The position numbers and the translations under genes are program-made. Below, in pieces: positions 21,329 to 33,459 of a DNA stretch of 64,000 nucleotides; position 1 is the stretch's first letter, and the number at the start of each line of letters is the position of its first letter. The DNA comes from an uncultured cyanobacterium (GTDB lineage: Bacteria; Cyanobacteriota; Cyanobacteriia; Cyanobacteriales; Nostocaceae): positions 800,001 to 864,000 of the forward strand of contig OY970166.1 in assembly GCA_963706595.1 (NCBI GenBank), in the 5' to 3' direction. The notes beneath the pieces are model-generated. The model was not told the DNA's origin. It was given only the letters and a program-made list of their open reading frames with translations, and ran no database searches.

Positions 21329-22411
21329 TCAAGATGGTTGGCTAGTTTTTTGCCAGACAGTAAAGCCCAACAAGAAAATAATACTAATGGCGGTAGAAAT
21401 TATCACCACAAAATTTACACCTTGTATTCTCATCGCCAGCAAATTAAAAACTAGAGTGATAGACCAAAGAGTGAACGCCGCATTTGGCTGGGAGAATCCC
21501 AAGTCCAACAAACGGTGGTGTATGTGGTCTTTACCTGGGGTACTGAGAGGGTTTTTTCCTGCCAATAACCTGCGGATAAACACTTGTGTAGTATCCATGA
21601 CTGGCAACAGCAGAAATAACACTGTCGGGCCAAGGGCAAAAATGGTATTTTGTTGCAGATTGCCTAAAATACTAGTTGCACCTAGCACATAACCAAAAAA
21701 GTATGCCCCCGCGTCACCCATGATAATCCGTGAGGGGTGGAAATTATGGCGCAAAAAGCCCAAGGCTCCACCCCCTAAAGCTGCTAGCACTAAAATAGCT
21801 GCGGCGCGATTGGGAAATTGGGCGGCAACCCCTAATAAACTCATCGCGGTGATAAAACTAACACCCCCCGCTAATCCATCCATCCCATCCATCAAGTTGA
21901 TCGCGTTAGTGATCCCCACTACCCAAAGTACCGTCACAGCCATGGAAAGCAGCGAGTCAATGGGCGTATTGAAACCAACCTGGATGCTGATGCCGTTGGC
22001 ATAAAGCAACAATGCCGTCACAATCTGCGCCCACAAGCGCACAGAGGGCGGTAAACCGAACTGATCATCAATAAAACCCACCAGCACTAGGATTGAACCT
22101 CCTAGTAGAATAGTTAACACTTGAGCCAAGACGTTTTGCAGGGCAATCGGTCGTAACAGGGTAGCTAGTACCATGGCGGCAATCACTCCCGCATAAATAG
22201 CTAAACCCCCGGCATTGGGCAAAGGCTGCTGGTTAAGTCGGCGAGCATTTGGTTGGTCAGCCCAACCTACCCGCAGGGCAAATTTGCGGACTGTGGGAAT
22301 CAAACGCCATGTTACCAGCCAAGCCAAAAGAAATGTAAATACTACTGCCAACCAGCCGGAGCCGCGAGGGTCGGCAATGCCGAGGGACTCAAGAAAATTG
22401 TATAGATTCAT
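21329..22411 (-). CDS. MraY/WecA family glycosyltransferase (GT4; undecaprenyl-phosphate GlcNAc-1-P transferase-like)
   Basis: GFIDD, NAINLMDGMDGLA, IIMGDAG, DHIHHRL motifs; many TM helices. Confidence 0.9.
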   Translation of the reverse strand: MNLYNFLESLGIADPRGSGWLAVVFTFLLAWLVTWRLIPTVRKFALRVGWADQPNARRLNQQPLPNAGGLAIYAGVIAAMVLATLLRPIALQNVLAQVLTILLGGSILVLVGFIDDQFGLPPSVRLWAQIVTALLLYANGISIQVGFNTPIDSLLSMAVTVLWVVGITNAINLMDGMDGLAGGVSFITAMSLLGVAAQFPNRAAAILVLAALGGGALGFLRHNFHPSRIIMGDAGAYFFGYVLGATSILGNLQQNTIFALGPTVLFLLLPVMDTTQVFIRRLLAGKNPLSTPGKDHIHHRLLDLGFSQPNAAFTLWSITLVFNLLAMRIQGVNFVVIISTAISIIFLLGFTVWQKTSQPS

Positions 22412-22511
22412 CCCCCAATTCAAGCATTACTGCCAGTGTCCTATATGAGTATCAACTGTAATATTAATCAATTTTTTTTATTTGCATTTATAATCTGAGC
22501 TACTTGGCTGA

Positions 22512-22538
22512 TTAGCACTCTGCTCTTGTGAGTGCTAA
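22512..22538. promoter_or_regulatory. CIRCE operator (HrcA site)
   Basis: Perfect TTAGCACTC-N9-GAGTGCTAA, 39 nt upstream of the groEL start. Confidence 0.97.
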
Positions 22539-22565
22539 ATTGTGTAATGGAACCGCTAGAGATAG

Positions 22566-24257
<1,692 letters not shown>

Positions 24258-24286
24258 TCTCTGTCACCTCATGTAAATATTTGGTT

Positions 24287-24321
24287 AGCAGTTTGTCTTT
24301 TTACGGCAAACTGTTTTTTTT
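24287..24321 (+). terminator. rho-independent terminator after groEL2
   Basis: GCAGTTTGTC...GGCAAACTGT stem followed by a T run. Confidence 0.7.
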
Positions 24322-24349
24322 GCCCTTACCGAAGAAGCAGAGGAGAAGA

Positions 24350-24515
24350 GGAACGGGGGCAGGGTGCAGGGGGCAGGGGAGAAGAGGAATCGTTGTTAAG
24401 TAACCGGAAGTTTAAAGTAATTTCTTACTCCCCCTTGCTCCCTGCTCCCTGCTCCCCTGCCTCTTAACTCCCCCTTGCTCGCTGCTCCCTGCTCCCCTGC
24501 CTCTTCTCCTCTGCT
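24350..24515. repeat. STRR-flanked dispersed repeat with ~55-bp unique core, copy 1 (others 38787-38900, 63530-63625)
   Basis: Core GAGTAAGAAATTACTTTAAACTTCCGGTTACTTAACAACGATTCCTCTTCTCCCCT occurs three times. Confidence 0.85.
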
Positions 24516-24656
24516 TCTTTTGACCAATTCCAAGGCAATGAAGTGATATGATCACCCTTTACTACTGATGTTATTTTTGACAAAACTAGGTGATCTATCA
24601 ATGACATCTTGATATTCAAACTGGTAAAATTTCTGACAAGTATTAAATCAAACTTT

Positions 24657-25793
24657 ATGGTAAAAAAACGTCGCCGTATACCCAAAGCCGTGAAAAAGTT
24701 CTATGAAAAGGAATTTTATCACCAACCAGGGACTCTGCCTGGGACTATCATCGTTGACGAAGATGCTCAAGCTCCCACAATTTTTTTGTTTGACTATAAC
24801 CAAAATAACTTTATTCGCAAACAAATAGAAATTCCTGAAGAATGTAGCACTTATCTAGATCAAGAATCTGTCTCTTGGGTAGATGTCCAAGGATTAGGAA
24901 ATCACGACATATTACAACGATTGGGTCAAGTTTTTGATTTACATCCTCTAGTTTTAGAAGATGTAGTCAATATGGGAGAACGTCCCAAAATAGAAGATTA
25001 TCAAGACCAATTACTCATCATTGCCCAGATGGTAGTTCCAATGGAAAAAGACTGTGGTTTTTACAGCGAACAAGTGAGTTTTGTTTTGGGGAAACATTAT
25101 CTGCTCACAGTGCAGGAAGAACCAGAACATGATTGCTTTGAAGGAGTGCGGTTACGAATTGATCGAGATAAAGGGATCATTCGCAAACAGGGGGCTGATT
25201 ATTTAGCTTATGCTCTATTAGATGCAATTATTGATGGCTTTTTTCCGGTTCTGGAAATGTACGGGGAGCGAATGGAAGAATTAGAGGAGGAAGTCATACT
25301 CAATCCTACCCGCAAAACATTACAACAAATTTATCAAGTTAGGCGAGAACTTCTGCAACTACGTCGTGCAATCTGGCCTCAGCGAAATGCCATTAATTCT
25401 TTAATTCGAGATGGCAGTAAACTCATAGGAGTGGAAGTGCAAATCTATCTGCGAGATTGTTACGACCATGCCGTACAAGTAATGGATATGGTGGAAAATT
25501 ACCGGGAACTAGCATCGGGATTAATGGATGTTTATTTGTCGTCAGTTAGTAACAAAATGAATGAAATCATGAAGCTACTAACGGTGATTTCTTCTATCTT
25601 TATTCCCTTAACTTTTGTGGCGGGGATATATGGAATGAATTTTAATACTGAAACATCTCCATACAATATGCCTGAACTGAATTGGTATTGGGGCTACCCG
25701 ATTTGCTTGGCAGTGATGGCGGCGATCGCTTTGAGTTTGCTATTCTTCTTCTGGCGACGAGGTTGGCTCCATAATTCTTCAACAATTAAGTAA
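24657..25793 (+). CDS. corA: magnesium/cobalt transporter CorA
   Basis: GIYGMNF signature, two C-terminal TM helices, PYNMPELNW. Confidence 0.95.
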   Translation: MVKKRRRIPKAVKKFYEKEFYHQPGTLPGTIIVDEDAQAPTIFLFDYNQNNFIRKQIEIPEECSTYLDQESVSWVDVQGLGNHDILQRLGQVFDLHPLVLEDVVNMGERPKIEDYQDQLLIIAQMVVPMEKDCGFYSEQVSFVLGKHYLLTVQEEPEHDCFEGVRLRIDRDKGIIRKQGADYLAYALLDAIIDGFFPVLEMYGERMEELEEEVILNPTRKTLQQIYQVRRELLQLRRAIWPQRNAINSLIRDGSKLIGVEVQIYLRDCYDHAVQVMDMVENYRELASGLMDVYLSSVSNKMNEIMKLLTVISSIFIPLTFVAGIYGMNFNTETSPYNMPELNWYWGYPICLAVMAAIALSLLFFFWRRGWLHNSSTIK

Positions 25794-25876
25794 GATGGGA
25801 AATAGCTAATGAGTCAATCGATTTGAGATTTTGGATTTTGGATTAAAATTATTACCGGGAGTTAATATTCAGATTT

Positions 25877-26578
25877 ATGGGGAGTAGTGACCAAAATTTA
25901 GTGATTTTGACCCTTTATATTATTGGCGTTTCCTACGTCTTTAACCGCATGGTCGAGTCCATCGACGATCAAGTTAAATTTGAATTTAAAAAAGCAGTCG
26001 TTGATGAACAACTCAAAGCACAAAATCTCCAAGATAAAATAGGGATTTCTTTTAAATTCAAATCCTCATATCCTGTAGATGATGTCAAGGAATTAGCGCT
26101 GAGTATCGATAATAAATCTGAGAATATTGCTATATATGTTGATTGGGATAATAGCTCTTTAGTTGTGGAACATAGCAAACAATCGCGCCGAGTTATTCGC
26201 AAATCACCAGATTTAACCCGTGACTTAGCTGTTCCCCAAAGTCCTAGTCTCATTGTTCCTCAGAAAACACTTTCGGAAACAGTCACAGCAGAAGATGTTT
26301 TTGTACGTGATAAAGATACCGGAACCTACTCGGCCACAAAACCCATAATTAACATTACTGGACTGAGCAAAGCTGGACCACCGCAAAAAAAGTTATATAA
26401 CGACTTTATACAAGAAAGAAAGGAGTTGGAATTTTCACTACAACTGGTGTTACGCATCTCTGAAGTCCGTGTAGGTCTAGCTCCAGGTGTGAATATCCCA
26501 CCAATGTGCATTATCAACTGTCCCTTCACTATTAGAAAATTACCCTGGACTTATGCTCTGCCTTGGAAAAAGAAGTAA
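25877..26578 (+). CDS. hypothetical protein with N-terminal TM helix
   Basis: 233-aa ORF with an N-terminal hydrophobic segment. Confidence 0.7.
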   Translation: MGSSDQNLVILTLYIIGVSYVFNRMVESIDDQVKFEFKKAVVDEQLKAQNLQDKIGISFKFKSSYPVDDVKELALSIDNKSENIAIYVDWDNSSLVVEHSKQSRRVIRKSPDLTRDLAVPQSPSLIVPQKTLSETVTAEDVFVRDKDTGTYSATKPIINITGLSKAGPPQKKLYNDFIQERKELEFSLQLVLRISEVRVGLAPGVNIPPMCIINCPFTIRKLPWTYALPWKKK

Positions 26579-26622
26579 TCCCAATCGGACATATCACACC
26601 ATCCCGGATTACACTGGACTTA

Positions 26623-27057
26623 GGGAGAGAGTAGGCGCAGGCGGTTGCAGGTCAGTCAGATTGACTGGTTTGAGGAAAGTCCGGGCTCCCGAAAGACCAA
26701 ACTTGCTGGATAACGCCCAGTGCGAGCGATCGTGAGGATAGTGCCACAGAAAGATACCGCCATTTTCAGTGAACAGTGAACAGTGAACAGTAAAAACCTG
26801 ATAACTGATAACTGATAACTGAGAATGGTAAGGGTGCAAAGGTGCGGTAAGAGCGCACCAGCACAACCGAGAGGTTGTGGCTCGGTAAACCCCGGTTGGG
26901 AGCAAGGCGATGGAGACTACGGTTGGTCTTTTACCAGTTTCCAAAAGTAGAGCCGCTAGAGGCGTTTGGTAACAAGCGTCCCAGATAGATAACTGCCCTC
27001 AATGGTGTTTTTAAACACTGGCGAGAACAGAACCCGGCTTATGTCCGACTCTCTCCC
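26623..27057 (+). ncRNA. rnpB: RNase P RNA (type A) with STRR insertion in P12
   Basis: GAGGAAAGTCCGGGCT, GGATAGTGCCACAGAAA, GGTGCGGTAAGAGCGCACC and AACAGAACCCGGCTTA motifs; terminal P1 pairing GGGAGAGAGT/ACTCTCTCCC. Confidence 0.97.
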
Positions 27058-27110
27058 CCTTTTTTAACTGCTGAGTGCTGAGTGCTGACTCAAGAAAGTT
27101 TTGAAATCCC

Positions 27111-27205
27111 TTTCTCCCCTGCTCCCTTTCTCCCCTGCTCCCTGCTCCCTGCTCCCTGCTCCCTGCTCCCTGCTCCCTGCTCCCTGCTCCCTGCTCCCTG
27201 CCCCC
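27111..27205. repeat. STRR tract (CCTGCTC)n
   Basis: Tandem 7/8-mers between rnpB and rnc. Confidence 0.9.
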
Positions 27206-27224
27206 TTTTGCCCCATACTCCTTG

Positions 27225-27944
27225 ATGACACTTGTTTATCCACGCCGTCAGCGACAGCTCGAAAGTTTAGTCAGAAAGTTAGGTCTACCACCAGGTTTAC
27301 CTATTAAGTGGGATCTGTTGGATTTGGCGCTGACTCATCCGACTGTTTCTGACTCGGCAAATTATGAACAATTGGAGTTTGTGGGTGATGCGGTGGTGCG
27401 ACTAGCGGCGGCCATAGTGTTGTGGGAAACATATCCTGATTGTCCAGTGGGGGATTTTGCCGCCATTCGTTCAGTTTTGGTAAGCGATCGCATCCTCGCT
27501 CAACTGGCTAGAGAATATGGTTTGGAGTTATACTTACTTGTCGCTGGTAGTGCTACAAGCGATAAAGTTGGTCAAGAATCACGCCTAGCAGATGCTTTTG
27601 AAGCTGTTCTGGGTGCGCTTTATCTCAGCACCAACAATTTAGAATTAATTCATCCTTGGCTAGATTTTAATTTTAAAAAGTTAGCAACGGAAATTCGCCT
27701 CGATCCCGCTAGACTTAACTACAAAGCCGCCCTGCAAGAATGGACACAGGCTGAATTTAAAGTTTTGCCTGAGTATCGCGTCACAGAAGTTAATCAAGCT
27801 AACCAAAATCAAGAACGGTTTGCGGCTGAGGTTTGGCTCTATGACAACAAATTAGGTGAAGGTAAAGGACGCTCAATCAAAGCAGCTGAACAAGCCGCAG
27901 CTAAAGTAGCTTTCTTAGCAATTCCTCAGCCCGAAAAACCCTAA
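27225..27944 (+). CDS. rnc: ribonuclease III
   Basis: EQLEFVGDAV, ADAFEAVLGALYL, dsRBD NYKAALQEWTQ...KAAEQAAA. Confidence 0.93.
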   Translation: MTLVYPRRQRQLESLVRKLGLPPGLPIKWDLLDLALTHPTVSDSANYEQLEFVGDAVVRLAAAIVLWETYPDCPVGDFAAIRSVLVSDRILAQLAREYGLELYLLVAGSATSDKVGQESRLADAFEAVLGALYLSTNNLELIHPWLDFNFKKLATEIRLDPARLNYKAALQEWTQAEFKVLPEYRVTEVNQANQNQERFAAEVWLYDNKLGEGKGRSIKAAEQAAAKVAFLAIPQPEKP

Positions 27945-28763
27945 ACCAAAAAATATGATTTAATGGAAAGTTTACTTAATTATAGCAAGCGTGATTATAC
28001 TGAATAATCTATATTAGATTAATATAACCAAAATTATTGTTTTTCCTACACTGCAACTATGCTAAGTGAATAAACGGAATTAGCAGCTAATGCAAAATTC
28101 GTGAGTTCAAGAAATAACAGAAATTTTACTTAATCGGCTTTATTAATAGTAACTTAACTGCTTTTTTGGGAAAATAAAAGCTAAATGTCTTGTCACTAAT
28201 GGATATTTATGGTTATACTGCACTTGTAACAATTTTACACGAATGGTAAGCAATTTATTCTGGCAAATACCATTAATTATGTAAAAACATGGCATGAAAT
28301 TTGTAGGAAGAAAGGAAAACTACACAAGCCAAAGAAGTATTTTAGAGGATGTTTGAATTCCTGTATTTGGAGAGAAACCATTGATGGGAAAGCATTAAAG
28401 AATCACCTCAACAGAGGGTTGTATTGCTTCGCCAATAAATTCTGATGTCAATAGTACAGTTAACTTTACTTGCAAAAGTAAATATAACAATGGGGTTTAA
28501 CTCTCAGTAAACTTAGTAGATAAACTTTAACTAATCGCTTAAAAGTCAGCTTTTGGGCTACTTTAAGCATTCCCTATCTACTAAACTTTACCTGAAAACC
28601 TTGAGGGTTGGGAAGTGTCAAAATAAGTTATTTTGGCACGTCATCAACTATCTGATTCGGCAACATATTTTTGACTTCATCCAGATGTTCAGCCAGTCCA
28701 TTTTTGTTAACTCACAATAAGTGTGTTTTCGTTCAAACAGGTTATTAGAGGAGCAATTTGTTA

Positions 28764-29564
28764 ATGAAAGTCAATTCACCAGCAGTAAAATTTGGTTTGA
28801 AAGTTGCAAGCAGTAGCTTTTTAGCCACAACTATTATTGGTTTCAGTAGCGCCAGTGCTTTTGCGGCTCAATTAATCTCAATCTCAGTTCAAAGTACTGT
28901 CGAATTATCAGGCACAATCGAGCTTCCTCGCATCAATCCCAATTTCAATAATAGAGTTACTCGTGTTGATACAGATAGCGAAGGGAAATATTACCGCAAT
29001 GGTGTTCTTGTGTACGATTCAAATCATGTAAAGGAGAAAGTAGATGAGAATGGTAATAAGAGTTACTATGTGGATTTTAAAGGTATTCCTTTTGTATCCT
29101 TAGATGGGGTTCTCACTTCACCAATTCTTTCTGGTGGTGAGTTGACACCTTATAATTATCAGGGTAATCCAGGTTTGCCAGGAGTAAAATTTCAAGGCGT
29201 AGTTCAGGACGAATTTGTTCTCGGCAAAGCCTTTTATCAGGGTATTCTCACTGACCCTACCACAGGTAAGCGGTATGAAGGTGAGTTTGAAATTAGTGGA
29301 TTTAGTCCGCGATATAGCAACACTAACGGTGGTAACTTTCCCACAGTTTTTGATTTCGAGTCTGATATTCCAGGAGATTCAACCATAAAAAAATTATCTT
29401 TAGATGATTTCTTGGTGAGTTTTAATGTCACAGTGGAAGGAAACGGCGTGGAAATTCTTTCAGAACCACCCAGCGATGTCACTTCTGTACCAGAACCTGC
29501 TACTGTTGGTGGTCTGTTTTTAGCCAGTATTATGGGTTTGTTCGTGAAACGTAAATCAGCCTGA
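28764..29564 (+). CDS. PEP-CTERM sorting domain protein
   Basis: Signal peptide (ASAFAA) and C-terminal VPEP + TM + KRK. Confidence 0.88.
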   Translation: MKVNSPAVKFGLKVASSSFLATTIIGFSSASAFAAQLISISVQSTVELSGTIELPRINPNFNNRVTRVDTDSEGKYYRNGVLVYDSNHVKEKVDENGNKSYYVDFKGIPFVSLDGVLTSPILSGGELTPYNYQGNPGLPGVKFQGVVQDEFVLGKAFYQGILTDPTTGKRYEGEFEISGFSPRYSNTNGGNFPTVFDFESDIPGDSTIKKLSLDDFLVSFNVTVEGNGVEILSEPPSDVTSVPEPATVGGLFLASIMGLFVKRKSA

Positions 29565-29744
29565 TTCCCCAGATATTAAGGAATTGCCAATAAATAAACC
29601 ACCCAGAAAAACCAGCCAATTGCCCGAAAGATGATAATTTTTGAGTGCTGGAAGGAAGTGATTACTCAAGATAACCACTTCCCTTATTTTTTTTATAACT
29701 CTCTGACCTTTAAACTATTATTTAAATAATTAATAATTAATATT

Positions 29745-30779
29745 ATGAACATCGCTGTTATTGGTGTGGGACGTTGGGGAGTACATTTACTGCGAAATTT
29801 TTTAGCACATCCTCAAGTGAGTGTGGTGGCTGTGGTAGACCCCCAACCAGAAAGGTTGGCAGCAGTAAAGCAACAGTTTAATTTAGATGAAAATATATGC
29901 TTGACTACTGAGTGGTCAGATTTACAGCAATTAGCGGGACTGACAGCAGTTGCGATCGCCACTCCAGCCACTACCCACTATACTTTAATTAAACAAGCGC
30001 TGAATCTGGGATACCATGTTTTAGCAGAAAAACCCTTAACTCTAGACCCAGTAGAATGTCTGGAACTTTGTCAACTGGCAGAACAACAGCATTTAATCCT
30101 GATGGTTGACCATACTTATTTATTTCATCCAGCTGTTGAACAAGGGCAAACTGTCGTTAAAGCAGGTACATTAGGTGACTTACGCTATGGCTATGCTACA
30201 CGTACCCATTTAGGGCCAGTCCGCCAAGATGTAGACGCTTTGTGGGACTTGGCTATTCATGATATTGCCATTTTTAACAACTGGCTGGGTGAGATACCTG
30301 TGAAAGTACAGGCTACGGGTACGGTGTGGTTACAGGGAGTAGAGAATGGAGAATTGAACCAATCTGTATCAGGGTTAGCAGATTTAGTCTGGGTAACGCT
30401 GACATACCCGGATGGCTTTCAGGTATATATTCACCTGTGTTGGGGAAATCCTGATAAACAGCGACGGTTGGCGGTTGTGGGTAGCCGTGGTTGCTTGGTT
30501 TTTGATGAAATGTCAACTTCATCGCCTTTAACTCTGTTACATGGTGAGTTTGAACGTCAGGGAAATCAGTTTTTACCTGTGAATCAAAAAACAGAGGTGC
30601 TGGAATTAAAAACAGGTGAACCATTGCAGCGAGTGTGCGATCGCTTTATTGTCAGTATGAGCCAAAATACTGTCCCAGACATTTCATCTGGTTGGGTAGG
30701 CACAGAATTAGTACAAATTCTCTCTGGTCTCACAGCATCTCTAAACCAAGGCGGACAGCCTATTATTTTAAACATCTAG
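29745..30779 (+). CDS. Gfo/Idh/MocA family oxidoreductase
   Basis: GVGRWG, IATPATTH, EKPL, DLAIHD. The stop codon overlaps a MITE end. Confidence 0.9.
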   Translation: MNIAVIGVGRWGVHLLRNFLAHPQVSVVAVVDPQPERLAAVKQQFNLDENICLTTEWSDLQQLAGLTAVAIATPATTHYTLIKQALNLGYHVLAEKPLTLDPVECLELCQLAEQQHLILMVDHTYLFHPAVEQGQTVVKAGTLGDLRYGYATRTHLGPVRQDVDALWDLAIHDIAIFNNWLGEIPVKVQATGTVWLQGVENGELNQSVSGLADLVWVTLTYPDGFQVYIHLCWGNPDKQRRLAVVGSRGCLVFDEMSTSSPLTLLHGEFERQGNQFLPVNQKTEVLELKTGEPLQRVCDRFIVSMSQNTVPDISSGWVGTELVQILSGLTASLNQGGQPIILNI

Positions 30780-31135
30780 GACTTACGCATAAATTAATCA
30801 TGGTATTTTGTCAACAAAATAGCTAATTTCCGGCTTTCAACAATGATTATCTTGATAGTAAATATATCCGTGTGGTAGGGGTTTAGCAATGCTAAACCCC
30901 TACGAAATATGTGCTTTTTAGTGTTATACATATTTGGTATTTATAGGACTTACGCATAATCTACGTTTTCTTGGCGTTCTTCTCCCAAGGGGAGACGCTA
31001 CGCGGTAAGCGTAGCTATGCCGAAGGCTTTAGGCGACTTGGCGGTATGCGCTTCGCGCACGCTACGCGAACGATAAATCAAGATTTTTGGCAATTGTTGC
31101 GTAAGTCCTGATTTATTGTCAATGCGTAAGTCCTA
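30777..31135. mobile_element. MITE with 13-bp TIR TAGGACTTACGCA and 5-bp TSD ACATC, containing a second same-TIR MITE (30944-31110, TSD ATTTA)
   Basis: TIRs at 30777, 30944, 31098 and 31123; TSDs at 30772-30776/31136-31140 and 30939-30943/31111-31115. Confidence 0.88.
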
Positions 31136-31138
31136 ACA

Positions 31139-33169
31139 TCAACCGTTCCTGATTTCTCCCAATAGCTCACCTAATTGCAAAACTTTGTAACTATCCTCTA
31201 CAAGTGGTAGTTCGCAACTTTCAGGCTCTAGTTCTGGTTTTTGAGATCCATTCATCCCATGAGAATCATCCCCAGAAGCAATCCCGCGATTATGTAAATT
31301 TCCCTCTGTGGTGGAAACCGTTAATAAGGTGCTATCAATCATCCGCAATCTAATTTTCACGGTCGTGCCTTGGTTGATACCCGCACTTTCCAGAGTAATA
31401 CTACCTCCCATCAGTTCAATTAAGTTGCGGGAAATCGCTAGTCCTAGTCCAGTCCCTTCAACCTTGCGTGTTGCGCCGCCATCCAGCATGACAAAGGGGC
31501 GAAATAGTTTGTGCTGCTGAGTAGGTTCGATGCCTAAACCTGTATCTGTGACGCTCACAATCACCTGAGATTCTTTAGCAGTTGCTGTAGCAATTGTGAT
31601 GCTTCCCTCGTCAGTAAACTTAGTCGCATTACCAATGATATTAATTAAGACTTGCTTTAACTTGGCTGCGTCTGCTTCTACGGGAATCAAGTCAGTACCT
31701 AAATCGGTTTTTAACTGCAAGCCCTTTTTTTGAACATTTACTGATTGTAAATTAATCACTTCCAGCAGCACTTGTCGGAGGTCAATAGGTGCTGTAACTA
31801 CGGAAAGTTTACCTGCTTCTATTTTGGAAATATCCAGTAACTCATTGATAATTCCTAATAAGTGAATAGCTGTTTCGTCGGCACGTTTAAGAAACTCTAT
31901 TTCTTCTTCCCGATTATCGCACAAGCCATCGTGAACCACCCGCACACAGTTAATAATCACATTCAGAGGATTTCTCAATTCGTGGGAAGTTGTAGCCAAA
32001 AACTGACTTTTGATTTGGTTGGCGGTTTTCGACTCTTTCCAAGCAATTTCTAGTTCTTCCGCCCAGGCTTTGAGTCTATCCACCATTTGCTCCATTGCTT
32101 GTGCGAGTTGGTTGAACTCCCGGATTTTGAAGTTGTGTGGTACTGGTTGTGCGGCGTGGTGGCTGTGAAGGTTCAGGGCGTAGTCTCGCAATTCTTCTAA
32201 AGGACTGGCTAGGTAAGGGGCAAGATATAAAGATGCTAACAAACTTGCACCAATTAAACCAACTGTTAAAACTATTAAAATCAGTTTTATTTCTTCTAAA
32301 CCTAGCAGCGCATTATCCACTGTTGTTACAGCTAGGACTATCCATTTTTGCCCTTGCTCTTTTGTAATGGGATTGTCAATAGCTGTGTAACCAACTATTA
32401 ATTCTTTGCCTTGTTGATTCGGTAAATTTATGGAGTTACTTTCTCCAGCAACGCCATTTTTAATAATGTGTTTTATTTGGGAAATATCTGGGTATTCTCG
32501 AATATTTCTACCAACTAACTCTGCGGATGGGTGCGCTAAAATCATCCCGTTTTCAGCAATTACTAGGGTAGAACCAGTTAAAGATCCTGGCTGATTTTTG
32601 GTTTGTTTGTATAGTGCTGATTGAATACTCAATGCATATAGCGCTTGGCCATTGCGACTGTACACGGGGATAGATAGCAACAATTGCAGTTGATTATGGG
32701 GATTTTTTTGCCCTGTGGTTCCTGCTTTTGGAGGTAAGATTTTTTTGATATTAATTTTTTCTCCTTGATCAGGAAAAGATAATCTCAATTCGCTAATTTC
32801 TTGATTACCACAGCTACTGGCAATAATTTTACTGCTTTGCAGATTGGTTAATTGCAAGCACTCAACGTGGGTTGGTAATTGTTTGGCTAGCTGAATGAAA
32901 TATTGTTCTACTTCTTGAGACGAAGCAGACTGAATAACGGCTGTTTGACTGACAGTTAGCAAGTGAGTTTTGAGGGTGGCGATCGCATTGGCCATTTTCT
33001 CACCTTTGGAGATAGCGCTTTCTGTGAGATTTTGACGGGCGGTTTTCAACAAGCTACCCCTGGCTTTATTCAAAGCCACAATTTCTCCCAGCAGTAAAAC
33101 TGGGACAACCAAAAGCAAAATTCTTGTTACTAAAATACGTCGAAAGGATGATTCACGAGCCTTAACCAT
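31139..33169 (-). CDS. membrane sensor histidine kinase (Cache-HAMP-HisKA-HATPase)
   Basis: Two TM helices, SHELRNPL H-box, NATKFT, DTGLGI, GTGLGL. Confidence 0.92.
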   Translation of the reverse strand: MVKARESSFRRILVTRILLLVVPVLLLGEIVALNKARGSLLKTARQNLTESAISKGEKMANAIATLKTHLLTVSQTAVIQSASSQEVEQYFIQLAKQLPTHVECLQLTNLQSSKIIASSCGNQEISELRLSFPDQGEKINIKKILPPKAGTTGQKNPHNQLQLLLSIPVYSRNGQALYALSIQSALYKQTKNQPGSLTGSTLVIAENGMILAHPSAELVGRNIREYPDISQIKHIIKNGVAGESNSINLPNQQGKELIVGYTAIDNPITKEQGQKWIVLAVTTVDNALLGLEEIKLILIVLTVGLIGASLLASLYLAPYLASPLEELRDYALNLHSHHAAQPVPHNFKIREFNQLAQAMEQMVDRLKAWAEELEIAWKESKTANQIKSQFLATTSHELRNPLNVIINCVRVVHDGLCDNREEEIEFLKRADETAIHLLGIINELLDISKIEAGKLSVVTAPIDLRQVLLEVINLQSVNVQKKGLQLKTDLGTDLIPVEADAAKLKQVLINIIGNATKFTDEGSITIATATAKESQVIVSVTDTGLGIEPTQQHKLFRPFVMLDGGATRKVEGTGLGLAISRNLIELMGGSITLESAGINQGTTVKIRLRMIDSTLLTVSTTEGNLHNRGIASGDDSHGMNGSQKPELEPESCELPLVEDSYKVLQLGELLGEIRNG

Positions 33170-33459
33170 CGACTATCTCACTTCGCATCTGTAAACCACA
33201 AAAGTAACGATGTGCAATTAGAACAGCTCAAGGAGACATTCTTATAGGTTATGAGATTTGTTTTGTCAACTCCCAAAAGTGTTAAATATTGAAGATATAA
33301 CCACTAAATCAGCCATACCAAAATTTATATATTGTAGATGTGAACTTGACTGATGTTGCATATAGATCCAGTGATGAAATTGTACTCAAACTAACTTGCG
33401 GGTAAATATTTTTGTCAAATCAATTCACTAACAAGCAAAATTTCCAGACTATTAAACCA

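Noticed and set aside
26553..26944. ORFs 26553-26735 (+) and 26609-26944 (-)
   Set aside because: They overlap the RNase P RNA gene and translate repeats; spurious.
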